Below, one piece after another: positions 12,488-23,327 of a DNA stretch of 64,000 nucleotides (positions within the stretch are counted from its first letter, which is position 1; the number at the start of each line of letters is the position of its first letter). The notes beneath the pieces are model-generated. The model saw only the letters and a program-made list of their open reading frames with translations. It was not told where the DNA came from and ran no database searches. The translations under genes were made by a program, and so were the position numbers. Location of the stretch: contig NC_135823.1 in the NCBI RefSeq assembly GCF_964213995.1, forward strand, positions 49,538,001 to 49,602,000. Reading direction: 5' to 3'. The DNA is from Mustelus asterias. Taxonomy: Eukaryota.

Positions 12488-15400
12488 GTAAGTTGTGATG
12501 TTAGCTGTGAAATAATATATTTGTAGCAAAAATCATTGAACATTTTCAATTTCAGAATCCATTCCAGCAGTCTGCAGTTAAATGCCGAGTGATGTTCCTT
12601 TGTTACTGCCCTGAACTATATCCTCAGTTTCCACCTGAGAAGAGGTTCCCCCAAGACCACACCAGCCACTAAGTGGAAGTGCAGTTTAGTGTTGAATTAG
12701 GAGCAGATTTCCCATTTTACCATCAGGAACTGATCCAGCTCATTTTCTAAATGACTCTTACAATCGGCTAGGGATACATTTGAACCCTGACCCAGAGCTG
12801 AAAAGCCAAAAATGAATAATACTTGACCTAAGGAGGAAACGTTTAACCTCCTTCAGGCTCAGGTGATGCCAGGAGCCGATGTCTTGTCCAGGAGGTTTAC
12901 TATGCTAGCCATCCCCTCCAATTAGGTAATACAAGCACACATAACATTTTAAATTATATAGCCGAATAGTTCATTATGTCTTTTTATGAAAATATCACCC
13001 ACTAATAATCTGTTTTCTGCCTGGAACTATATGTTCCTGAATTCCTCATTTTCTCTCCCTTTGCTTTATGTTCTGATGGATACTTGAGTGACACTTGCTC
13101 AATAAGTGAACAAAGTCAAACTCGTGTTGTGAAAATCAGAAATTAAAGCTCCAACTGATTGCAAAGTAAAGTGAGATTTACTGCACCAGGGAACATTACT
13201 CTGCCATTGCCTTGTGCTCTGATTGAATTCAGGCAGCACTATAACCAGATGGGTGCTGTGAAACAAAGGGTTTGCAGTTATGCAATGAATGCTCTTTAAA
13301 ACTACAAGTCCCAATATTACCTCAGGAAGAATGAAACTGTATGACTGTAACACTACATTCTGCACTCTCTCTTTTCCTTCTCTATGTACGGTATGTTTTG
13401 TCTGTATAGCACGCAAGAAACAATACTTTTCACTGTATGCTAATACATGTGACAATCATAAGTCAAAAAGAAACTCGTCAAAAGAAAATGGAGGAGTCAC
13501 TCAGCAGGCCAGGCAGCATCTGTTGAGCAAATAGGAGTGAGCTGACGTTTTCTTAATAAACTCTTCCTTAGTCATAGCTCTTTCCGGACAACGCAGTTTT
13601 TCTCTAAAAGAATCCAATTGTGTTATATGAAAGGAGAGAAGGTTAGCCCTCCCCTTGATAAGGATGGAAGGGGCCCTAGTGGCCTTACAACACTCAAATC
13701 GTTGAGGCATTGCCATCTACTTAGTGATAGGACAGCACGGTGGCAGTGGTTAGCACTGCTGCCTCACAGCGTCAGGGACTCAGGTTCAATTCCGGCCTTG
13801 GGTGACTGTCTTAGTGGAGTTTGCACGTCCTCCCCGTGTCTGCGTGGGTTTCCTTCGAGTGCTCCGGTTTCCTCCCACACTCCAAAGATGTGCAGGTTAG
13901 GTTGATTGGCCATGGAAAATTGCCCCTTAGTGTCAGGGGGATTAGCAGGCTAAATACATGGGGTTGCAGGGATAAAGTCTGGGTGGCATTGTGGTTGGTG
14001 CAGGCTCAATGGGCTGAATGGCCTCCTGCAGTGTAGGAATTTTATGTAATGAAACTTAGATCTATTTAAAATGTGCAGAAACAAAATTAAATGATATTAC
14101 AGTACTCTCTCCTTCATAAATCTGACTCCAGTGACAATTCCAAATCTCAGTAGTCTGCCCTTCATCCTACTGTGGTGAATAAGAAGTCATATTTTAGGAA
14201 GATGAATAAGCAGGGAATTGTGCACTTTGCATTCCTGACTATTACACTCAGTGATGTGGAGATTACACTTAGACTTATTACACTCAGTATCAGTAATACA
14301 GTATCTACCTTTGCTTAGCCCTGGCGGTTTGGCAATGGGAAGAGATCAGCTGTTGCTGGGTTTTTTTCTTGTGTGTGTGTTTTACTGGTTGGAGAAATTG
14401 TCCATTTCTACTTACAGTCAGCTACATACAGACTTCATCACGTGGAGAGGACATCTGACTAAAATTCTAACCACCCCTTACGAGAACCGGGAGGGCTGGA
14501 TGTTGGCAGTGACTCGATTTAATGGAACCTATTACATGAGTGAGGTAGAGACCGAGGAAGCCAGACGGCAGAGAGAGCAGAGGACTGAAATGCAGGAGGA
14601 GTTGATGTATGGAGGATACAAGTTTGAGCAGTATTTGTGTGCAGGTGAGAGATTTCTCCAGAACCTTCATTGCTTTGGACTAGACCGGATGTCAAAGAAT
14701 TGTAACGATTACACGAAATTAGTTAAGATAACTTTACCTTTTCAGCAGCAAGCTGATCTTTGTATTAATTGTTAAGACCTCAAAAAACTTCAAGAACACT
14801 TTTAAAGTGTGGAGAACAGTTAAAAGCTGCAACAAAAACAGAAAATGCTGGAAAATCTCAGCAGGTCTAACAGACCTGCTGAGATTTTCCAGCATTTTCT
14901 GTTTTTGTTTCAGATTGCAGCATCCGCAGTAATTTGCTAAGTTAAAAACTGCACACTGATCACCCATTGGTGTAATGAATATCACCAGCTCATTCAATAT
15001 ATCAATATCCAAATGCTATTTGGAGGAAAATTGCATTAAGACACAAAATGCTTGAAGATATTCTTAATTAATTCGCATTCGTTTTGCACTAAACCTCCTG
15101 CAGCTACCAATATTTCAAACCCGTGTTATAAACTAACCCTAATCCTAACCCAACCACAATCAAGTTTGAAAGGACATAATCTATAGCTGTGTTGCTGGGT
15201 GTTTTTCACATTGCAAGTAGATAAAGTATGAAACTTTCCCATTATTGCACTTTACTGAAATCCAAACAAAGATGGGTGCTTATCCAAACTTATTTAAAAG
15301 ACAAGAGGATTGAATTTTCAATGTGACTGAACGGTAGGTACAGCTGCTGTTGTCTGAAAACACTGTTAGGAATGGGGTTACATTTATAAAGATAAGCACA

Positions 15401-18400
15401 GACAGAAGTATATAAATTCCTCACGGAATTCCCCAGATAATTACCGAAAGACTATACTATCAAAAAAGAAGGATTTTGTTTGAAGTTGTCTGGCAATCTT
15501 ACTTAAATCTTATTTGTCATAGGCCAATAATGATCCCAGTCTGTGCGCAATTAATTGTCCTCAGTTAGGGCAGCATCCAAGGCACTTTGATTGCTATTCA
15601 ATGATCACCACTGGAATATGTACATATGTAGATAATGGGTATAAAAGCAGAATATGATGGAAATACTCATCAATCAGGCAGCTTCTCTGAGGAGAGGAAT
15701 GTAGTTACTGTTTTAGACATTAACTGTGTTCACCCACTGCAGACACAGCCCGTCCAGCATTTTCTGTTTTTATTTCAGCATCCAGAGTATTTTGCTTTTG
15801 TGTCGATATTGGATAGTGCTTAACATGATCAAATAGCAGACAACACTCCCCTCCATCACAAGGCCAGAAATGGAGATGTTTGCTGATTATTGTACAATGT
15901 TCAACTGTATTCACAACTCCTGGATGAGTACAGCTCCAACAACATTCAAGAAACCTTGATACCATCCAGGACAAAGCGGCCCACTTGATGGGCACCCCAT
16001 CCACCATCTTCAACATTCACTCCCTGCACCACAATACACAGTGGCGGCCGTGTGTACCATCTACAGGATACACTGCAGCAACTCAAGTCTTTGTCGACAA
16101 CATCTTCCTAACTCACAACCTCTTATCACCTAGAAAGATAAGGACAGCAGATATATGGGAACACCACCACATGCAAGTTCCCCTCCAAACCACGCCTCAT
16201 CCTGACTTGGAACTATATTGCCGTTCCTTCACTGTCACTGGTCAAAATCCTGGAACTCCCTCCCTACACAACATGGATTGCTGTGGTACAAGAAGGCAGT
16301 TCGCCTCCAGCTTCTCAAGGGCAATTAGGGATGGGCAATAAATGCTGATTTAGCCAGCGATGCCCACACCCATTAAAGGATTTTCAAAGACTCACAATGC
16401 AGCTTTACATGAACAGTTAGAAAAATAACCACATAAGCAAAACCGGTTCTCTTGGAGTTACACCCTAGCAAGAATGAGTATGACAGAAAATGAGAATAGG
16501 AAAGTGGAAAATTGACTCATATTCACACTATTTCTTTCAGATAAACCAGGTGGCAATCCTGACCCAGCAGGCGTGGTAAACACCAATGAAGCATTTTGTT
16601 GCGTGGTTCGAACTCGGCTGAATGGCCACTCACTCGTGTTTTCCGGTGAGGTGGACTGCAAAGATGATTCGGACCCAAGGTTAAAGGCTCCACAGTGTTA
16701 TGTGGAACTCAAAACGAGCAGGGAGATTTACAGTCCAAACCAAGAGAGGAATTTTCACAGGTTAGTAGCCTTTGTCTCCTGCACCACCACGACAAAGATT
16801 AAATTAAGCTCTTCTAAGTGGCAGCCTGCCTGTTGCACATCAGCTAATGAATGTATTCCTGTAAACACCTGCAGGGCACAGCTGCAGTGTTGTTTGAGAT
16901 GCTTGACTGAAGTCCTTTTAGAGAATCTTATAAATAGTAAGTAAGCACGTTTGTGCTCTGCTACAGCATGAGCTCAGGATAACATTGCTGCAGCTTTTCA
17001 AAAACCGTCGAAGTGGAACTGAACCATCGGTGATCTCTTGTTTCCCAGACATTTCTGAAATGGGGAAACACTTTTTAAAAAATAACAGAATCATGGGTAC
17101 ATCTTTTGGTCTTTTATTGATACATTTTCAAAATTACAACACAAACATCAAAGAGTATTGGTGTCAATCATGGTTATAGCTGAAAAAACTCAAAGTAACA
17201 GATCAGTACAGAAATACTGATTATATAATTACTTGGCAGGACTAATCCCAGTGAAAAGGTGGGAGTCTGAATAAAAGAGTCACAATTCAAAGGGTGGGGC
17301 GGGGGGTGGGGGGGGGGGGGTGGTGGGGAGAAGATGGCAACTCTGCAGAGAGATAGATGTTTGTGAGTGTGTTCATTAGCTGAATGATCACATGAAGGAA
17401 AAGTATAAGTAATGTAGACCTATTTTTAAAAAGAAACTTAATTTAATTCTTCTCCAGTATAGTTCACAAGACAAATCTGCTCCCTTAATTTACCTGAATT
17501 TGTATGCAAACTAACACTGAACTCCTGAGGGGGAGATAGTGATTGTTCACCAGTGATTGTTCCAAGCAACGCTTAGGGGGACCCCTCTTTGGATCCTTGA
17601 ACCCAAAGTATACTTTTTTCCATATTGCGTTTCCAATGCTATCAGTGATCGTAAGTCACCATAAACACACCCTTCACTCCCACTATTGCGTCGTTGCTGC
17701 AGCCCTGTTTTGTCTACACTGAAGCTGTAGGAATGAGCTCCAGTTGTCAAATGTAACATTCACTAAATTAGATGCATCTCAGCAGTGGGAACAGCAAAGG
17801 CATTTGGAATTTCTGACTCTGTCAACCTTGTCTTTGCAGATTTAAATTGATTAAATGGTGGGCACAGTCCTTCCTGCCTGGAGTACCTCGGATAATCGCA
17901 GGCTTTAGAGATGACAATGGAGTGGTAGTTTCACTTCAGTCTTTCGAAACAATGAAGATTCATCACCTCATCAAGGTTTGCACATTTAAATTCAACTACA
18001 TTTTAAAATAATTCTCAAAGTTACGCATCAACAGCTGCAGGAATAAAAATAACAATCAGAACAGTGAAGTTTACCACTTCCTCTCATCTGTAAAACCCAC
18101 AAAACTATTGGAGTAAACTCATTAATGGAAAGAATTGCCGAAACAGATGAACAAAAATCTTGTGTCCTGAAACCCTGCCCAATGTTCTAGCTCACTCCAG
18201 TTATCGGTAAAAGATATTTCCAATTATAAATCTATCTTTGGAATTAAAAACCAACTTGTCCCATTTCTCTGTAGTTTCTGGTATAGCTCAGAGTGGGAAC
18301 AACCAATTTGTGATGCCTCTCACACACACACACACAGCAAATACACTCTCTCAAATAATATAGGTTCACATTAACTCCAGCCTACATTCCCATCACTTAT

Positions 18401-21400
18401 CATAGAACCCCTACAGTGCAGGAGTAGGCCATTTGGCCCATCGAACCTGCACCGACAACAGTCCCACCTAGGCCCTGTCCCCGTAACCCCACATATTTAC
18501 CCTGCTAATCCCTCTAATCCCAGGACACTAAGGGGCAATTTAGCATGGCCAATGCACATCTTTGGACTGTGGGAGGAAACCGGAGCACCCAGTAGAAACC
18601 CACGCAGACACGGGGAGAACATGCAAACTCCACACAGACAGTGATCCAAGCCGGGAATCGAACCCAGGTGTCTGGAGCTGTGAGGCAGCAGTAAACATAC
18701 AGAGGTCATCGGACAGTGCGATTCTATATAGAATTTCCGTCGATAGTGAAAACTGGAACTTCCCAGATATACAGATAAATGGATCAGAATCCCTGTTGCA
18801 TCAAAGATATTTAATTTAAATAGGTTTCCCTATAAATTCAGTGTGAAATGACCATGTAACAGATTACCTCTAATTAGTATTGAACATTTTACAATAGCTC
18901 TTTTATTTAAAAAAGACATGGCGGCAGCATTTGAACGAAGCTTGATAGGATCTCGGATCCTGTCATTGGACTATGGTGCACAAGTACGGTACAACTGTTG
19001 CCTTTTTCTAGGAGGTGGTTTTCCCTCCAGAAGGAGATACTCTGTTCCCATCCTCACCCCAATGCAGGCTGCTTTAACTAAGCCAAGTGAGTACTCCTCT
19101 GATGGCACAAACATGAATTAAGAGCAGGGGTAAGCCACTCGTCCTCTTGAGCCTGCTCTGCCCTTTAATCATATTGTAACCTCAACTCCACATTTTACCT
19201 TCCCCCACGCTTACCAAGAATCAATCTACCTCGGCCTTAAAAGTATTCAAAGACTCTGCTTCCATCGCCTTTTGAGGAAGAGAATTCCATAGGCACACGA
19301 CCCTCTGAGACAAAAAAAATTCTCCTTATCTCTGGGTGACCACCACTAGTTGTAGGATTATCCCACAAGGAAAAACATCTCTCCACATCCACCCAGTCAA
19401 GACTCCTCAGGATCTAGACGGAGATGAATAGGTGATCCCACATTTGACACTCACAATATAGATCAGCAGTTGGGATACTATGTTTGGCCTGTGCTCAATA
19501 TGGAGATGTTCGATTCCTCTGCAAGTTTGATTCTCGTTCGTTGTCCTCACTTCATTGAATAGCTTGGACACATGCTACAATGATAGTGATGAGAAGTAAT
19601 GAGGTGAATGGCCTATTTCCATATTCCTGGAATGGAGTTTTATGTAACAATACGGTGACTGGAGCAGCCCTATTGTTAATGCCAGACTTAAGGATACAGA
19701 TACTTACATTTTGTTCCCATCTCAAACAGAACGAACGGAATTGCTGGAAGCCTGCAGTGTGTCTAAATTTCTGCAATGCTTTTCTGTCCTTTGTGAGGAA
19801 GGTGGTGACTCGAGATGATCACCGGTAGGAATTGATTTAACTTTCCTTCAGAATTCTGAGAGCTTTCTATTTTCATTAACAGATTATTCCAATTGTTAAG
19901 CGCAGTTCTAAAGGAGTTTGCGAGAGTATATGTGTGTGTAATTTTAAAAAGTCTATTTTGACTTTTATCTTGGTTCGGAGCAATTGGGGTGGACAAAACC
20001 ACCATTCAGTCCAATGATTTTAATTCAGCGACTAACACATTATACATTCAATGTAGGAAAATATTAAAATAAATCTGTGACTAATCAGGTCAAACTTCAA
20101 AACATCTGATTGGCTAAAAATATTGAGAACACTATTGATTTCAGCCAGAAATACATTTTCAGCGAGTTGTTGTTGGGTTCAATGTTGAAAACCAAACTGG
20201 GTAAGTTCTGCAAACAACTTTATTTTTAAAACTGTCATAAAACAAGAATCTATAGGAAAAAGATTAGATAGCAAAAGAAGAGATGAAATAAATAATTACT
20301 CTTTATCTTAAGACTGTTATGGTTGAGGTCAGAAACGCCAAAGTTTTTTATGAAGCCCGCCTGAATCATACGTTTTGCACCTTGAATTTGGCTGGGATAA
20401 GCATGAGATGTTTCACTTCACGTATGATTCAATTGACCTATGAGGGAGCTTTTATCAAACAAAGTTTATTTAAGAATATAGTTGACATGTATAGTAAGAA
20501 AATTAGCAAGACCTTTTATCAATTACAAATAAGAAACAAAACAATTATAATGTATAACTCTTTAATTAATATCTGTAATGTGTTCCGATTAAAACCAAAA
20601 CCCATAGACAATAAAAAACATTTTCACAGGTTTAGCACAGGCTACTGCTCACATGATTATGGAAATTTGAGTCCCTTGGTTGAAGTCTACCCTTCTCTGG
20701 ATTCACTCCACAAACAGTTTGAAGACAAGACAGCTTCCCAAAACACCAGAGACACTCTGGTCCAGCCCCCAACAACAGCAGGTTTTCGCCCTTCAGGAAA
20801 ACAAGATTTTGTTCTCCGCTAACCAGCAGAATTTTCAAAACAACAGGGAAAGAGGGAAAACATTTCTTTTTAGTTTGCTGTCCCTTCTAAAACTCAACTC
20901 TAACTTACAGCTCCAAACTGAAACCGAAAAATCAATCCTTGTCACCTGACCTGCCCTGCCCAGTTTTTTTCTTACTCCCAACAATGACATCACCTAAGAC
21001 TAAGCATGATTCTTTTTTTAAAATCTCTTAAAGGTACACTAACCTCACAAGGTTTAGTAACTTTAGAACTAAAATGCATTCTGATGAGGAGTTATTTTCT
21101 CTGCCCCTCATTAATAAAGGAAAGCCCAAAGGATATAGAGCTATCAGAAACAAATGATCCAGTTAGTCTAATCAGCCAACGTAATTACAGCACATCCTCA
21201 CTTAAAGTTGTAATTGCATTCCTGAAAAATGCAACTTTAAGGGACATGTATTTAAGTGAATCAGATTTTCCTGTTAAAACCAATCTAAAAAATCCTGTAT
21301 GGAACCTTCCTCGTCAGAAAAAAAACATACCCTGTAAGTTGAGATACTACAGATTGCTAAATTCTTATATTGGTAAGTGGAATAAAATTGATATTAAAAT

Positions 21401-22173
21401 TTAAAAGTTATCTTGTAAGTTAAAATACAAAAGTACTAACTTTCTGCTTGTCTCTGGCTCACTGCTGATCTTGCTTCCCAAATCTCTCACTTTCTGCGAA
21501 CCCTCTGGGTTCTCAGCCTCTCCCACTACCTAACCCATTCTCTTGCTGCCAATCCACCAGGCTCACATCCTGACTCTCCCACTCACTGCTTCCCTCTTCT
21601 CAATCCTCGCTGTGAGCAAGGACTCTGGAAATGAGCAGCAAGAGGCATAAAGAACAGTTTCAAACCACAGCAGGTAAGTTGTGAACCAGAGTGTCGGCAG
21701 TGAGAGGGTGGGTCAGGGAGTGGGAGAGCCCATGAGCTGCAGGGTCAGCAGTGAGAACAAAAGAGTGGCCACTACAAAATGACAGTGATTGGGTAACACA
21801 GCCCTAGGTCAGACCAGTGGCATACAACTTTAAAACAAAACCCATGGCACTAAATCAGAATGCAAACCCCCTTTAATGACAGACGGTAAAGCAAAACGCC
21901 GTAAAATGGGGACTTGCTGTAGCAGTAGTTACTGTGCATTGTAATTGTGGCGATATCTCGGTTCTGCGCTATTGCTGTTATGCTCTTGTGCAGATCGGTA
22001 CCACTGTTTTTTGATCCACTCGGGTTAATATTCTCTAATTTGTTTTTAGGGTGGTGACTCTTTTCTCCTGGGAGCCTGGTAAAGATATTTCATATACAGT
22101 GCACACAGATGACACATATACTTTCATACCAGACTGGTATGTGGAGAATATGATGGTACAGGAAAGTAACTAG
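12027..22173 (+). CDS. DXO: Decapping exoribonuclease DXO (Dom3Z/Rai1 family), join(12027..12487,14418..14644,16541..16760,17840..17975,19730..19824,22050..22173), 420 aa
   Basis: All introns are GT-AG with consistent phases; 1263 nt = 420 codons + TAG. Family motifs are intact: FITWRGHLTKIL, GYKFEQY, SGEVDC, YVELKT, KWWAQSFLPGVP. Confidence 0.95.
13730..14045 (+). mobile_element. HE1-like V-SINE (tail type A, CR1-like)
   Basis: ggacagcacggtggcagtggttagcactgctgcc...ggttcaattcc...gggctgaatggcctcct. Confidence 0.85.
14418..14644 (+). CDS. DXO: DXO coding exon 2
   Basis: Acceptor cttacag; QLHTDFITWRGHLTKILTTPYE...GYKFEQYLCA; donor gtgaga. Confidence 0.93.
14832..14939 (+). mobile_element. Palindromic insertion derived from a second Penelope family
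   Basis: Perfect 38-bp stem (14831-14868/14872-14909) plus a tail similar to ~50900-50945; 14-bp TSD with one mismatch (14818, 14940). Confidence 0.8.
16541..16760 (+). CDS. DXO: DXO coding exon 3
   Basis: Acceptor tttctttcag; VVNTNEAFCCVV...SGEVDC...YVELKTS; donor gttagt. Confidence 0.93.
17840..17975 (+). CDS. DXO: DXO coding exon 4
   Basis: Acceptor tctttgcag; FKLIKWWAQSFLPGVPRIIAGFRD; donor gtttgc. Absent from the ORF track. Confidence 0.93.
18400..18692 (-). mobile_element. HE1-like V-SINE (tail A)
   Basis: Reverse-complement copy of the 13730 family. Confidence 0.85.
19730..19824 (+). CDS. DXO: DXO coding exon 5
   Basis: Acceptor ctcaaacag; NERNCWKPAVCLNFCNAFLSFV; donor gtagga. Confidence 0.9.
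20315..21316 (-). mobile_element. Putative solo LTR
   Basis: ~1 kb block bounded by TG...CA, with minus-strand AATAAA ~150 bp from the left end; no clear TSD. Confidence 0.4.
22050..22173 (+). CDS. DXO: DXO last coding exon
   Basis: Acceptor tgtttttag; VVTLFSWEPG...FIPDWYVE...SN*; AATAAA at 22301. Confidence 0.9.
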
Positions 22174-22710
22174 AGCACTGTGGCTGGAAAAACAATCCCA
22201 TCGTCTGATTGAGTATCGAAGGAAGAGTGATCCTGAACTGCTGTCCTTTAATTTGCAGTACTGTACAAAGTGACACTTTAAAAATGTACATAGTCTTCAT
22301 AATAAAAAGTTTTAAAATGCAAATAACATTCCCCAGCCATGGAAACAATCTGTTTTATTTGTTTTTGCTTCAATAACATACAACTTCCATAGTTATCTTC
22401 TCTATTTTGAGGAAACTATTACAGTCCATAAAGTAACAGTCAAACATCTGAGAGAAAGCATGTTCTATTAACACCCTTATAAATAATTCCATCCTTAACA
22501 TTGAAAAAAAACTGAGGTTCTCACTACAATTCCATTTCAGACATTAGCTTGGATTACATCCAGTGAAATGTAATAAAAATACAACTTAGAAGCACAGAGC
22601 CAGTGTTAACGCAGTATGGAAACATCCATAGAGATACCCATACTTCTTAAAAAGTGCTCACTTCGCCACCAAAAATCCACAAGAGTTCTATCCTGCATGA
22701 AAAATAGACA

Positions 22711-22850
22711 TGATGTGGAGATGCCGGCGTTGGACTGGGGTAAACACAGTAAGAAGTTTAACAACACCAGGTTAAAGTCCCAACAGGTTTACCAACAGGT
22801 AAAGTCCAAACCTGTTGGACTTTAATCTGGTGTTGTTAAACTTCTTACTG
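22711..22850 (-). mobile_element. 140-bp Penelope-derived hairpin insertion
   Basis: Same tail and pLTR end as 50341-50423; TSD TGAAAAATAGACA at 22698 and 22851. Confidence 0.85.
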
Positions 22851-23179
22851 TGAAAAATAGACACCACAGCACTCCCAGCCCCACTCCCCACCTTTGCCAT
22901 TGTGGAAAGTAAATTAACCTGGTAGCTGCATTATTTCCTATGCTGTCTTTGACATGACATCTCTTTTTTTTCAGTGTGTGTTCCTCAAAGTTGCAACAGC
23001 TTTGCAAATTCTCTGTACTGTATATTGGATGCATCGTTTAACAGTGCAGCCTTCCCATGTTAATATAAACCCTTCAAGGAAACAAGATGGTGTCCCTCGT
23101 CATAATGCCACTGCAGCAACACATCAGAGGCTGAATGGTCTCCTTGCAGAGTTCTTGGGTCAGTTTTCTGACTGCTCCC

Positions 23180-23327
23180 TTAGTGCTTGGCCACCTTAGA
23201 TAATCCCATGATTTTGAAGGTAATCCCTGCGATCCTCTCGTAGATCAGAAACATAAGAGCGGCAGTAAAAACCGTCTGAAGTAACTTGGCTTCAAGACCC
23301 TTGTAGAGCCCTGAGAAACCACCTTTC
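23180..23327 (-). CDS. SLC25A17: SLC25A17 exon 9 (last coding)
   Basis: [31 protein letters not shown]...AKH*. Confidence 0.92.

Noticed and set aside
13730-13800. tRNA genes at SINE heads
   Set aside because: A/B boxes run directly into SINE bodies; these are tRNA-derived heads, not tRNA genes.
20319-21404. 167-aa and 132-aa ORFs in the last DXO intron
   Set aside because: No recognisable domains; they lie in an AT-rich LTR-like block.
23180-23191. C-terminal AKH as a PTS1 signal
   Set aside because: Does not fit the PTS1 consensus, which ends in L/M; PMP34 is a membrane protein targeted through PEX19.
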